Assembly: GCA_040954595.2 (NCBI GenBank)
Contig: CM082577.2
Coordinates: forward strand, 6,560,301 to 6,624,300
Reading direction: 5' to 3'
DNA: 64,000 nt
Source of the DNA: Balanoglossus misakiensis
Lineage: Eukaryota; Animalia; Hemichordata
Numbering within the stretch: the first letter of the stretch is position 1; the number at the start of each line of letters is the position of its first letter. Of this stretch, positions 1 to 13,299 are shown piece by piece. The notes under the pieces are model-generated. The model was given only the letters and a program-made list of their open reading frames with translations, had not been told where the DNA came from and did no database searches. The translations under genes were made by a program, and so were the position numbers.

Positions 1-25
1 CTCTTGGTGTTTGACAATCGTGGTA

Positions 26-451
26 CAGCCGAAATTATGAAAGGTCGCCGATTCAATATGTGATCTAGACGTCCTGTGTGCACTGAACACACGATGTGTT
101 TATCTAACACAAACAACAGAACCTCTCATAAATGAGATGCGGTATCATTAGACTAATTACAGATGGTAGTCTGGAAACACGCTCCCCCTCAGAGAGAGTT
201 GTTTACTTGTAACACGGATGTCAAAGTTTAATCTCAAAGTGTATACGCTTTATGTTGAGAGTGTACCCAAGTAAACAACTCTCTCTGAGGGGGAGCGTGT
301 TTCCAGACTACCATCTGTAATTAGTCTAATGATACCGCATCTCTTTTATGAGAGGTTCTGTTGTTTGTGTTAGATAAACACATCGTGTGTTCAGTGCACA
401 CAGGACGTCTAGATCACATATTGAATCGGCGACCTTTCATAATTTCGGCTG
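26..451. mobile_element. Foldback MITE, Tc1/mariner-like (TA target-site duplication)
   Basis: Arms 26-209 and 268-451 (184 bp each) are reverse complements with one mismatch seen, around a 58-bp spacer. Ends are CAGCCG...CGGCTG, flanked by TA at 24-25 and 452-453. Confidence 0.88.
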
Positions 452-3400
452 TATTTCCTGCACTCTGTTCAGACCCACTGGGAATTGTCCAAATAATTCA
501 TATTTGTTCATTACCTCATAAAAGAACAATTCTCAATACATCTCCATTCACAGTTTGACTTGAGCTAAAAGGGGTTGTGTAAATTGATTGTAAAATAGTT
601 GAAATGCGGTGGTGAGATTTGATTTCAGAGTTCAGAACTGAGATTTTCAGATTTTATTCAGTGTAAAAATGACAAGATCAGCATGATGTCAGAACAAAAG
701 AAAGCTCGAGAAATGTTCAAGTTTGATGATAAAATGTGTGACTTGTCAACATGTTTGCAGTGGTTTTCATCCACTGGAAACCAATACAACTAAGATGCGG
801 TTGTATGGCTTCCTGTTTTTAACCTTGGTGCCCCCAGCTGATTGCATTTGTCTTGGCTCCTGATATGTTTACTTCGTACTTGAATTCTGTTTTTTTCCTG
901 TGTCAATATTTATTAGACATTGTCCATTATTGAGTGTTTACGTGTGTTATGTGGTGTATTTCTTTCTCCCCGCATCATCAAAATAACTTTTCCTGAGTCA
1001 TATTTTCGTGTTACCTGGATTTCTGGTGATTAGTCATACTGTGGGCTTATGAGTAATGCGGTTAGTATTTTTAGGATCTCTGAAATCAAGTAATATTGAT
1101 GTTCAGTCAAAAGGCAGGATGCGCCGTGTGGAGTTGTGTGAATCACCTCATGTTCATTGCCAGGATAATCATTGTGGCCGTGAAAGTGACTCAGTATCTC
1201 CCATACATGTAGAGGAGGCTGCTGTTTTCGCACGCACAAAAAATGTTCTCCACACACATCTGTCATTATTTGAATTTATAATTTGCATATTAAATATTGT
1301 TTGGGGCCGAATCATGTCTGAGGCTCGTGCTTTATCGCCATTGTTCTATTTCAGAGAGATGGCAGTTACGTAACTCTTTGCCTTTGGGGTTCTTTACTGG
1401 CATGGCATCTCATTTAAATTGCAAGGCTTCTTCTTTCCCCCCAGCAGATGATGAGCACCTATCGTAATACATGTAATGATAGATCTATATATCTGTAGCC
1501 TTAAGTTTGGGATTTGTTTCAGTTTGGGGGTGGTGGTCGGTATTTTTTTCCAGGGTCTGGGAAGTCGCAGGATTGCTGGCAAAGGGAAAGTGTTTCGTGT
1601 TCTTTGTTGTATTGGAAGTGGGTCAAGCAGATAACGTTTTTGGTATCGTCTATAAACCATAAAAAATATGACATTTATGAGGTTTCTCTCGTAATTGATC
1701 AAGTCATAACTAATTTCACTTTCATATCCTTTTGGTGTGCTATTTTGGACTCGAATCCTTTTTTAGTAGTTTTTTTTTTATTCATGGACATCGCCAGTGT
1801 CTAAAGCTGTGGCACACATGGGTGCTTTAGATGTTCATGCATAATTTATTGGTCTTTTGTTTGTGGTGTATATTTGTTCAATGGAAGGAGATGGACTAAT
1901 TAAACATGATAATTGCATGTCTGATGTCAAGTGAGGGAACCGGTTCAATTCAGATGTTGATGTAACACAGATGTTGATTTTTCCCCATTGGCTACTTCGT
2001 TTGTGCCCCCCCCCCCCCTTTTTTTTTTACCTGGACAAGACATACTTCGATCCTCTCACACTTGACCTCCTTATGGCATGCGTTCATCTGTTTGTCTTGA
2101 ACCACTGCCAGGTTCCTTTTACAGAGCGGCACACCTTGAGAGAGGTGTGTCTGACATCGTTTCTCTGGTCTTCACAACCTTCGAAAGTCAGCCAGCCAGA
2201 AATTTCCCTCCTTGCTTGTCCAAAACCAATTCAACTGGTGGTGTTGCGTTTCCAGAATGGTCTTGCGTTACAAAAACTGTTACAAGTGCCTCTTGTTGAT
2301 GTTTCTTTGCCGTTGTAAGCGTTACAGTACCCCATTTGAATATATACTTAAGTGTGCCGAGACCTATTTTTGGTTTAATGAGGTTAGATGCGTATTTGTT
2401 CGCAGATCATACCATATCTGCTGATCAGATTTAATGTGTTAGTAAACATATTTCAGTTGATATTTGTGTAGTCTCATCTGTCATTCACAATTCAGAATTT
2501 CAAAACGATAAATTGCACTACTAGTGCCTGCTGCGGTGTTTGATGGGTAGGTTAGAGAGAGAGAAATGGTGTACAGTACTAGTAGGATGGACAAAGGGGG
2601 GGGGGGGGGTTTAACCCTACATAGCTATGTCAGTATTGATATGGAGGGGGCAAATACATCGAGGGCTGACGTTTTTTTTTGGCCAGTTTTCTCCAAATAT
2701 GTGTCAAGTAGGCACTCTTCCAGATTTTATTGAGTCGATTGATTTGAGTGATCCTTGACTTGACATGTGATTTTTTTTTCTGCTTCAGAATTTGTCAACA
2801 AAATAGCCCTGGCAGAGGATTTTCTGCACAGCATGATTTACTGTGTCTATGTTGGAATGCTAATTTGTGTGCACTTGAGTGGAACTGTTGACTTCCAGGT
2901 ATTCAGGCCGAATTGATCAATGAATGTCTATAAATCAACGGGAAGGGGTTTTCAATGATTTTTATCAACAAACTCTGTCACGTATCATCTACAACCACCT
3001 GCTTGTCCACATATTGCAATTTTTTCAATTGGTTTTTCTTTTCCTTAAAAGGCCTTTTCTTTTCTTTTTATTTTGCCCTTTATATTTTTTTATTCTGATT
3101 TTGAATGATTGAAGTCTGTTTTTTTTATTGTGACTTTATTTCTGCTGCATGGATTAAATAAATGAAGGATGAAAGTGTTTCAAGGACATTTTTTTCAAGG
3201 TCTTCTGGTTGGTGGCCTTCAAATGGCTTCCAGGGGCTAAACTAGGTGACACTGAGTGGCCTCCCTAGGTATTCAAGAAACAACTCGACATAAAACATTA
3301 TAAAAAGTTAAAATTTTTGTCAAGTGATTCTCACATTTCATATTTTGTCATATGTTTTATGGAATTTCAATCATTCTGCCTTTCAGTATTTAAGAAAAAT

Positions 3401-6400
3401 GCTTGGCATTGGGAGTCTGTAAATGGAAGAACTGTTTTCAGTAGTTTTTCACTGTAAAATTTTTATGCGAGTGATTAGAAACGCAAGTGTCTGCTGGTAC
3501 TGTTCATTATTGACGATGAAGTATTCCATTGTCTCTGTAATGCAGTTAATTGATGGTAATGAAGCCATGCCGACTTTAATCTTTTGTTACAACCTCATCA
3601 ATGTATTGATTTTTTGGGGGTAGAACAGATTTGTCGTCAGTAGTGTTTGTTTCCGAGTCTATAGAGCCACACCAGTCATAGCTATTTTTTTTTATTTGAT
3701 GACTAACTCTTGTTAGGGAAAAATCACTTGTGATTTTTGAAAAAAAAGTGCTGACAGAGGTTTATTGAATTTCCTGTCTTGGTTTATAGAGGCACATTCA
3801 CTATTGCGATTTTGACTGTTTTTCGTGAAGCGTTCAATGCGTTCACCTTTCAATGTGTCCTAGGTGTGTGTTCCCACCCTTACGAGCTGCATTTGTCAAA
3901 GTTGGGGTGTGTGGAGCCAGTGACGTCATCGTTAACCAATGAGGCGGCAGCTTGGATTTGGTTCAGGATGATAAATCTGGAAGCAAGGGCACAAACCCTA
4001 TTACAATATGAATGGTCTCTTTTGAGTGGGCAGCATTTTGCTGCTTTGTCATGCAAATGAAGTCTGGGTCAGAGGTCGGTATGAAAGGCTGGTTCTATCA
4101 TGCGGGAGGGTGAGGGATTGAAAACACAATTATTGTGTGTGGGGGGTTTTGTGGAATTAATGATACAGGAAGTGTAGACTTGGTCCCTTTTTGTCCGGCC
4201 AATTTGAGATCACAATGACCCCATTGAAAGAGAACTCGTGAGTTTCAATTCATGACTGTTTATTGGGTCAGTTCAAAGTATCGGTTTTTAGTCCTGAATT
4301 GCGTCCGGGTGAGTGACCTTGGCAGTTTCAGGAGAGAGAGAAAAAATGGGGAGAGCAGAAGGTTGGCAGTGACCAATTTCGGAAGTGGTGAGGTGATTTC
4401 TTCCCCTGTACCGTCAGATACAGTCCAGCTGGAAATTGAGGTTAAGTTTTATCTGCAGTGTTTCAGGGTAATGTCTAAGTAATGGAAGCTCTTAAAAAGT
4501 CGGGAGCACAAGCTGACATTGAGGAATTACTCTTCCTGATGCTGTTCAGGAATACTAATTTTGGTGTGAGAGCTCCTCTGACGCTCACTTGGAGACGCTC
4601 TGCAAAAAGTGCAGAGTTAAGCACGGTCATCCGTTTTATTATGTGCTAATATTAATTCGAAATCAAGTATTGGTTTTTATGGTGTTATTAAATTCTGTTG
4701 TATAAATTTGAAGCCATAAAAGAACCTGGAGTCCATTTGCAAAATGCATGAGATAAAAGATGAACTGCTATCTCGTTTGCTTGCCTTGTGCATTCATGTG
4801 GTCTTCATCAGTGGTAGTCTGTCCAAAGATAACAACTGAGCGTCTGTTGATAAATTGGAAATTTATCTAACAAACGTTAAATTATCAACGTGCATGGTCG
4901 TGGTGTAGTATTTGTTAATTAAGTAGAACCAGTACCGGTGGTTCGACGGACTGCGGAGTGATGTGAGAGTTCACCAAGGGGGCCCAGATGGAGGTGTTTC
5001 CGCTCGCTTGCTCGACCAGGTGAAAAAAGATCGTGGTTGTTTTGTACGTGCCTCTCAGCTGAGCCCCAAACCTATTGAGAATTCCAGTCAGCATAATTGT
5101 TGTGTGGGCTGGTCATGAGACTTTGGGCGTAAGAAGATAAAGAGGTTAGGAACTGAGTGAAAGGGGGGGGGGGGGGAGAGTTTTTTGGTCAGTTGAATGC
5201 AGCTGTGACAGGCTTTAAATTCCAAAATGCTGTTGTCATTGTTGTCAGGTAGCTACCTTGCGTGGGGAAAATGGGAGGGGTTTGGTCAACTCATTTTTTT
5301 TATAGCAAAGGCTGAATTTGTGATGAGGAAAAAAGTTCGCTGGTGTAAAACTTAAAGCAACTGTGTCTTTTTAGTCCTGACCGTGTAAGTTTTGTAATGC
5401 AGATAGAAACCGCCTTGAAAGTATTTTTTTTTTCCGCCTTCTTCCTGGGTTGACAAAAGGTAGTGCATGTTTGGCTGCTTTTGTTGCCTTGGCTTGGGCT
5501 GGTTGGTTTTGAATTGGCAGTGGTGGTGTTTTTAAACAAACATCTTCCCCAGGGGTATGTTGGCGGAATACAAATGATGTTATGTAGCTCAGGGTTTTTT
5601 CATGGGTGTGAAAGGTGGTGTGCGAAAACGAGCTGCGTCTGCATTTTGTGAAAGTCTGGTCCTAAATGCAACTGTGTCAAATATTTCTGCGATTGCACCA
5701 ATAAAGAGCCGGAGCTCTGCCACGAAAATGTCTCTGTTGTCGTCGCCGTGTCCCAAGTCGTTTTTCCCAGCCACACAGTTGCCAAGACAACCGTTGGACA
5801 AAAGCCGCAAATGAGTTCGCTGCCGTGGTAACGGCGCAATAGTCATGTCCAGGACAGGGGAGCTATTGTAATAATCTTCTGTACAACAAAGCGACTGCTG
5901 TGTTAGGTTTACAAAATAGAAGTTAATTTTCTCTCTTATTTTTTTCTTTGTGCCAGTTTGGCTGTGGTCGGTTTTTGCTGGAACCTGAATTTACAACATT
6001 CAATACATATGGGCTTGTGAAATTTTTCACTGTGAAAAAATATTTCCATTTCAGAGGACAAAATAATTTTATTTAAGTCTCTAAAAGCTGCATTTTCTTT
6101 ATTTTTAATTGTGCCCATATTTGTATAAACTACTCTGCTTGTTGGTTTAATAGACGCTTGCACATTTGGTTCCATTCTTTTTGTTGACTCTGAGTATTTT
6201 CATATTGGAACAATTCAGACAGACAGCCAACAGTGGTTGACTGCTCGGTAGCAGTGGGCCAGGGGTCACTCCATACATTCCGTTTATTGATTAGGGAAAG
6301 TGGGTGTGGCTGCATTGGCTGCGGTGAAAAAAAACCTGTTGGTGGTTTTCACTGTTTTTCGTTCAAATACTCTGTGCAGTTTTCTGATTGCTTGTTTGTT

Positions 6401-9400
6401 GAATGCCTTGTCTGAATTCTGGTGTCGCGGTTTTGACCGGAGGACCGGGGCTTTGTCAGCTTAGTTGTTGAAATGCTTTTAACAGTATTCAACTGTGAAT
6501 GCCATCTTGAATTGACTTATCTCCGTGGACTGACTCCCGGAGTCTGTTGCCAATGTGAGAATTTGTTTCAGAAGCACAGTGGCAGAGTGAGTGATTATGA
6601 AAGTATGTGCGTTAATATTGAACAGATCGTGGTCGTGATTGATGATGGTCGTCGTTTTTCGTCGTCGGGGCACCATGTCCGCGGTATGCATGTACAACCA
6701 ACTGGATTGACCCCACTGTGTCGCAGGGTCAACCAGCTTACTTTCCAACGACAAGATTGTTACAGAAGACGTACAAGATATGCACAGTTGACAAGTCTGT
6801 TTCAGTAGGTGTCTGAGTAGTGATCTCTGTACCCATGTTGTATTTTGTAATAAATTAACCGCTCAGCCCAAACATCTACATTCAAGGGTAAATTTGGGCA
6901 TGTCACCGGAAACTAGCACTAAAGGATTAAACAAATCTGATGCGTTTTGTACCATTATTGAAAGGGAGGAGTAGTTTCAGGAATCTTTCTGAAGGCATTG
7001 TTGATGGCCAGACGAAACTAGTGTGAATATTGTCTGGGGTATAACGAGGTAAAATTTGAACACAGACGCATACATTCAGGGGATAAGCCCAGCCGTTTAC
7101 CATAAATTACAGTGTCTGTTTTACGTCTATTCACAGTGAATTTGCTTTGCTTGTACTCGAGGTAAGCATACTCTGCCATTTCCCCCAGTAGAGAGAAATT
7201 GCATTTTCCCCATTCAGCTAAGCTAAAGCCTCCCAGATATGCGATTTGCCAAGAGCCTTCTTGGATATCCTTTGAAGGTTTTTTGAAGGTCTTTGAACTG
7301 ATACAAATCAGGCTGAGGGCTCTGCTGCCCTTGCGGTTGTTTTATTACTTCCTCGTTTATCTGCAATCAAGGTTGGGTTAAGGGTGTTACCGACGTGGTT
7401 TCTGGTGAATTTGTGTTTGGCCGGCAGAGATGTGCATGAGAACCTATCAGATTCCCTCCTGTGTTGTCCCATTATCTTCATGTCACAGAATGACCTTGCA
7501 TTCGAAAAAAAAAGAGAAAAAAAAAAAGAATGTGTAGCCGTTTTGTCCAGCTCTCAATGGAAATGTCAATTCTTCTTTTACAAATAATTACTAACCAGCC
7601 TCTTGTGTGCCCAAACGAAAAGTAAAAGTGTTTTAAAAGGAAACTGGATCTGATAACAAAAACAGGGGAGAGGTGGCCAGTGACCTTTCAGTACGTTTGA
7701 AGTGGCATGTTGGAAAATGGTGAGCCAATTATCAAATGAAGACTTCCGTTGAACATGCGTGCCAGTAGTTATTTTTCATTGCTCAGCAGTTGTTTCCTGC
7801 GCAGCACTTAACAGACATATCCACTGTCACATTGACCTTTTCCCGGTCGAGGCTTTCCCTTTCCCGGAATAGTCAGTTGAATTTTCTGATGGGAGTGCCT
7901 CCTCAGTAACTGCTGACTGTTTGCACTCGATTTGTTGTAGGAGAAAAAAAAATGAAATTCCAGTACGGATGAAAATTGAAATGATAGGTGCGTGTTAATT
8001 CAGTCTTATATTGGAAAACTTTATTTTTGAACTTTTTTGGTGAATTTTAGGTTTTACCACCAGACGTAGCAATAAAATGGTTATTTTCCCAAGGTCCTTT
8101 TATTTGGAGCGTGAGCGGAATTACAGTAATGCCACGTGTGTAACATATAGAAAATCACTTTCCATGATTGTGGATTGCGTGTCACAGCTGGTCACATGCA
8201 TCAACGTGTCAGCGTGTGAGGCGAGTTCCCCCATGCCGTATAAAACCATAGTCTTATCATTAATAAAATGTGTGTACTGCTGTTTGTCTGGCTATTCATA
8301 TACCTTATGAATGTGTATGGTTATGGTTCTTGCCACATGAGCACGTTCCAGTACTGAACCCCCCTTCGTTTTGAATGGTTTGGTCTGCATAATGTTAAAT
8401 GTCTCGGATGGATAATACAGTCTGTTCAGGTAGACATCGGTATCTCCCCGTAATATCAGTCGATATCGACGTGTAAAATCTCTTCATTTGTTGCCAATAA
8501 TGATATAGCCAGGTTTACAGACTGAGAAAAAAGATAGTATTTATATATTTTAATATCACATTCTAGTACTCTAAATAATGAAACCACAATTTACACTGAC
8601 CTTGAATTGGAATTAGCGTTAAAGGAATACAGTTAATCACCCATGCCCATATATGGTTAAAAGGGCGTGTTTAAGTCTTTTAATATCCATGTCCTGGTGA
8701 ACTTATTTCGCATGTGTTCACCCGAATGAAAATCTGTGATTGGCAAGATCTCGACTTTCTATGGTTAAATTTGCATATTTGATCGCATACGTTTAAATTC
8801 AGTGTTGTTTTTTTTCTAATTAAATAAAATAGTAAACGAGGTGTACAGAGTACGTAGGATGTCAAGCCAAACCACAAATTTATTTTTAAATTGATATTTT
8901 TGATTAATCACCTTGTTTTAATGACTGAAGCGTACTTTAAGATACTGTAGAGGGAAATAGGTACAAATGGTCGCGCTAACCTAGATAAGTGAAGTTGACG
9001 AGCAAAGCACTCTTGGTGAATACCAAATGAGAACGTGCGTTCGGCTGGCTGTGAGTAATAACTGTCTGATGCTGCCTAGATTAATGTATTCGGCAAGCCC
9101 ATTTCGTACTATGTGGATGCCACTGATTGGTTTAGGCGCAGTCAGACTATTATATCGAATAAATAAATTATTCACCTGTTTTAAGATATTCTCCCAAAAC
9201 GCAATATCCCTGTGTTCAATTTGAAAGTGTAAGATTCCAGATCTTTTCTGGATGTATGAGATTATTCTGGTATTGTAAGTTTGCGCCTAGCTCTATAGAC
9301 GCGACCGATTGTTAGAATGAGCTGATCATGCAAAAATCCATATTGACAAGGTTTTGTATTTGGATCTTTGGAAAATTAAAAGTTTATCTGGAAATGGCCA

Positions 9401-12400
9401 GTTTGTTGTGGATGAACAGCTAAAGCCCACCATTATGGGACAAGGAGATCAAAAGCGAGCAAATCTGCCGTTGGCGTGTCGTCATGGCAACCGAGGATAA
9501 TATCTCGGGTCTTTACTGTGGTAATCTTGGACGTGCCCTAATTTGAATGACTCGTGTTTTTTTCGTCTTCTGAGAAAGACGCTGAGTATTGTGTCTGTTA
9601 GTGAGAGAGTAATCTGTGGACCTGTGACACTTGAAGTGATGGATCTGCGCTCCACAAGTAGGCATGAAAATACTCCTGGGAGCTGATCAGAGGAGTCTCG
9701 TCGCCATGGTTGCAGACGGAGACAGGTTGTTATGGCAGCCAGCAAGCTGCTTCAAAATGTATGAGCATTTTTTTTCTTGCATGTCGAGACCACTCCTCTA
9801 CATTATTCTTGTCGTTTCTCAACGTTTATGAAGACATAATACAAAAAATTACGCCAGTCGATGAGTGTTTTTGAGTTGTAAATTAAAAAAAAACACACAA
9901 ATTGGTGCGAAAAATGATTTATTCTTTGGCTGCAATAATTTGCTCTCAGTTAAGCGGATACTGAATGGAGTCTTGTGTATATAATTCTGCTACTGTTGAG
10001 AAACACTACACCGTTAATGGCATTTGAATTACACACAAACCACTCCTAGTCCATCAATTTCTTTTCTGGCAAATCATCAGCTGTCAGAAGCGAGTCAAAG
10101 AAATTTATCACTGCTTCTTTGCTTTCCATTAATATTTTTTTTTGCCATGCAAGAGTGACTGTCGTTTTGATAAATGTACTTGGAAAGCTGGATAAATGGT
10201 TTGATTTCCGTGCTTTTTATTTGACCCGTGACTTCAGTTTTACAGTTATGTGTCATTTGATATCATTTTCTGATCTGATCTGATATTGCAGAGAAAGCAT
10301 CTACGTACTTTGTCACTTTTTCGTGTGAATCTCTTATTTAGGGAAAGGGTCAGACTCTAGGTAGAGTGTATGTGTGTGTTCATGCAGTTTGTGCTTTTGA
10401 CCCTCTCTGGGGAAATTCACTGCAGCAGAAAGTATGGCGGACCTCAAAAGTTCAGTTATAGCGTGAAGTGCCCCGCCCACATGTTCATCCCACATGTGAT
10501 TGTCAAACTCCCGTCTTTTTTTGCACCTACTGGTGACACTTAGAAATGCTTGTGCATTCCTTGTTGCGAATAGACCTGGTTGGTCCAGATCTATGCTGGG
10601 GCCTACTGTTTTGATGTTTCAAAAAAAGGTGGTGGTAAGGTAGATGTCAAGGTAATATCAACGTTGCCAGCATGGGGGTACTTTCCTGTTATTATTAGTT
10701 TGAAATGTTCAAAATAAGGCAAATAAACTATATTTGGCAGATGATGGAATTCTGCAGTTCTGGTTCTTTCTGGATAAATGCAGTTAGGCTTGAAAGCCAA
10801 AAAAAAAAAAATCAACCAACATTTATACTGGTCGGGTGAGGTAACAGAATTTGTTTGCTGATTTAGGTCACATCACACTGGATTATGATGGTGTATTTTA
10901 CACATCATTAGCTATTTTAGTCATGTGACCATGTGTAACTAATTGCAAAAATTACTCCCTGTGTGGTCTTTTATGTATGGAGAAGATATAAAACAAAGTT
11001 CTAGTCTTAATCGCCTGGTGTGGAACTGATGCCATCTTCCTCTTCTGTTCCTACTTCATTGAATTTTTTTTTGAGTCGTAGTCTCAATGGATTACTGTTC
11101 CGGAGTGATGCTTTGTACGGTAAAAAGCGAGGCAGCACTTTTGAGGTGTTGGAGGCTGGACACGCCTGGCTGCTTATTGGCTTTTGTGGTGTTTGAGTCG
11201 GGAAAGAGAAATTGCTTTTAAAACCTTGAGATAAGTCTCTGAGAGCTTGTTATGCATTTTCTGTTTTCTGATAGAAGTGTGTGGAGGAAGGGGGGGGGGG
11301 AAGCAATAAATTGGCGAATTCAGGGTCGTTGAAAAGTGGATCAGAATGTCGCTGCCTTTATGTGGGTCTGAAAATTTAACATTAATGAGCAGTTTAATTT
11401 CGTTCTCGCATGTCGGGCGATTAATTATTAATGTAATTTATATGCAAGTAGAACAGCAGAGTATAATTGCAAAACGGTTCCAAAGGGTGGAAATTCAGTG
11501 TATTTGCTGTTGCAGAAGATTATTACAAGAGGCCTTGAACCAACTGATGAGAATAACATGAAGTGCGACTATCAAATAGAGTCGCAGTGTAGTAATAGAG
11601 AAAATGATGTTGAATTCTGAGAAATGTTTGATTTGATGCAAGATATTATTAGGCTTTTGGGAACTGATGGAGTGATGTGTGCGTTCAAAGCCAAAATACA
11701 AAGCCTTGACGTTGTTGTCAGCAGCACATACATATTCAGGAAACGCTTTCCACTTCTCCACCCGGGCAGAGAACCTGGCCTGTATTGCACGCCCTGTTAA
11801 ATTTCTATTTCTGATTATAACCGCTGTGTCAGAATGCCATGCAGATGTTGGCAGATGTTGGTTGGGGGTGTTTGATTCGTGGCAATTTGGACCCAATCCA
11901 CATCCTGCCATCTGCTCCAAACGGCCTCAGACCGTATGAAACCGTTTCCATGGATTGTAGAGATTGAAGTGTGGACTGCATATGGCCGGTGTCTGGACGC
12001 AGGACACATGTTGGTGCTCTTTCCCCCGCATTTGTGTCGATTAACATTCCAGAAATGTTGCCAAAAGTGCCAATTTGAACAGTCGCAAACCAACAGACAG
12101 TGGGGAAAATTATTACCTACGTTAAATAATTTGTGAGGTGTCTATAAGTACAAATCAATTGATTTGGGTTGTGAAAGTTATTTTTGACGCGAAAGCCAGT
12201 ATGAGAATATTTGAATGCCAGTGTTGCTGTGTGTTTCAAATATGGTGTCAGAATTAAGCATCAGCAACGTTTGTTGGTAGTCAGTTTGACAGTTTATTTT
12301 AATTTGATGATGATATTGCAGTCGCGCCGTTGAACAGTTCAGTCTTTCGGTGCAGGGTATGAATTTAATTAGTCGTGATCGCTATTTGATAGTAAATTAA

Positions 12401-13217
12401 ATATTTAATAGTTTTAGTACATTTGGGGTGGGGATGTGGCATTTTTTACATGGAGAACTTTTTACACTGCTGTGGAACCTGGGAGTGTTTCTCACGCCCG
12501 TTTTGACGGGAAGCCATAGTGTATTGGGGGGAATACATGCTGTGTGTGAGAAGTCAATAGTGCTGTGGTGGCAAAGACCGACTGTGATGTAATCTTAGAT
12601 GTACTGGACTGCGGCTGCGTTTTGCAGGATACAATTGCAGCCAGTGAACACAAACATTGCAAGTGGTGCGTACACTCACACAAGTCGAGGTCTCGGAGTT
12701 ATTAAAAGTTGTACGCCGGTTCATTTAATTTGAATGAGTTTGTTTGTGGTGTAGTTTTTCAACAAATTTGCTCGATCGATCCGTAAGCTGATTTTTTGAA
12801 TCGGAGCGGTTCATTGTCTGATGGTGGAAAGGCAAATGAACGTAGCGATAATGGCTTGTTGCAATTATGGAAGGATTTTCTTGGAGCTGCTCACGTTGCT
12901 TGCTTGAGGTCACCAGGTCAGTCTGTGGATCGTAGCTGCAGAATTCCATAAAGCGAAAACATAACGCGCACCAACAGTAACTATGGGAACAGAAGAAGCG
13001 GTTGCCAAGCAACAAAGCCTCATCATGCAACCTTGAATATTAAATAACTGGTGGAAATTTGGCCTTTGTGTTGAAGACGTACTTTGTTTCCACCCCTCGT
13101 AGCTCTGGCATGTGAAAGTCTGTAATGTGTGTCGTGCAGGTGTTTAATGCGACCCTACTCTGTCATGTTTAATTAATGTTGTTAGTAGATGATAATTCCT
13201 TAACGGATTCCCTTCAG

Positions 13218-13299
13218 TTATGGTGCAGCAGGTGTTGAGTTCATTGGTGTACACAAGGAAGAATGCGCTGTCAATCAACTTTTCTTCCTCCCTGATCAG
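13218..13299 (+). CDS. LLGL1: Lgl exon ([27 protein letters not shown])
   Basis: ccttcag|...|gtgagt; joins in phase 0 to GRIVSLLE; resembles the Lgl N-terminal YGxPGVEF...FLPGQGR segment. Confidence 0.85.

Noticed and set aside
454-13217. Upstream Lgl exons (start codon and HGFP-containing exon) and the short ORFs here
   Set aside because: No spliceable segment with the expected motifs was found by eye and the ORFs lack recognisable domains. Treated as intron; a small missed exon cannot be excluded.
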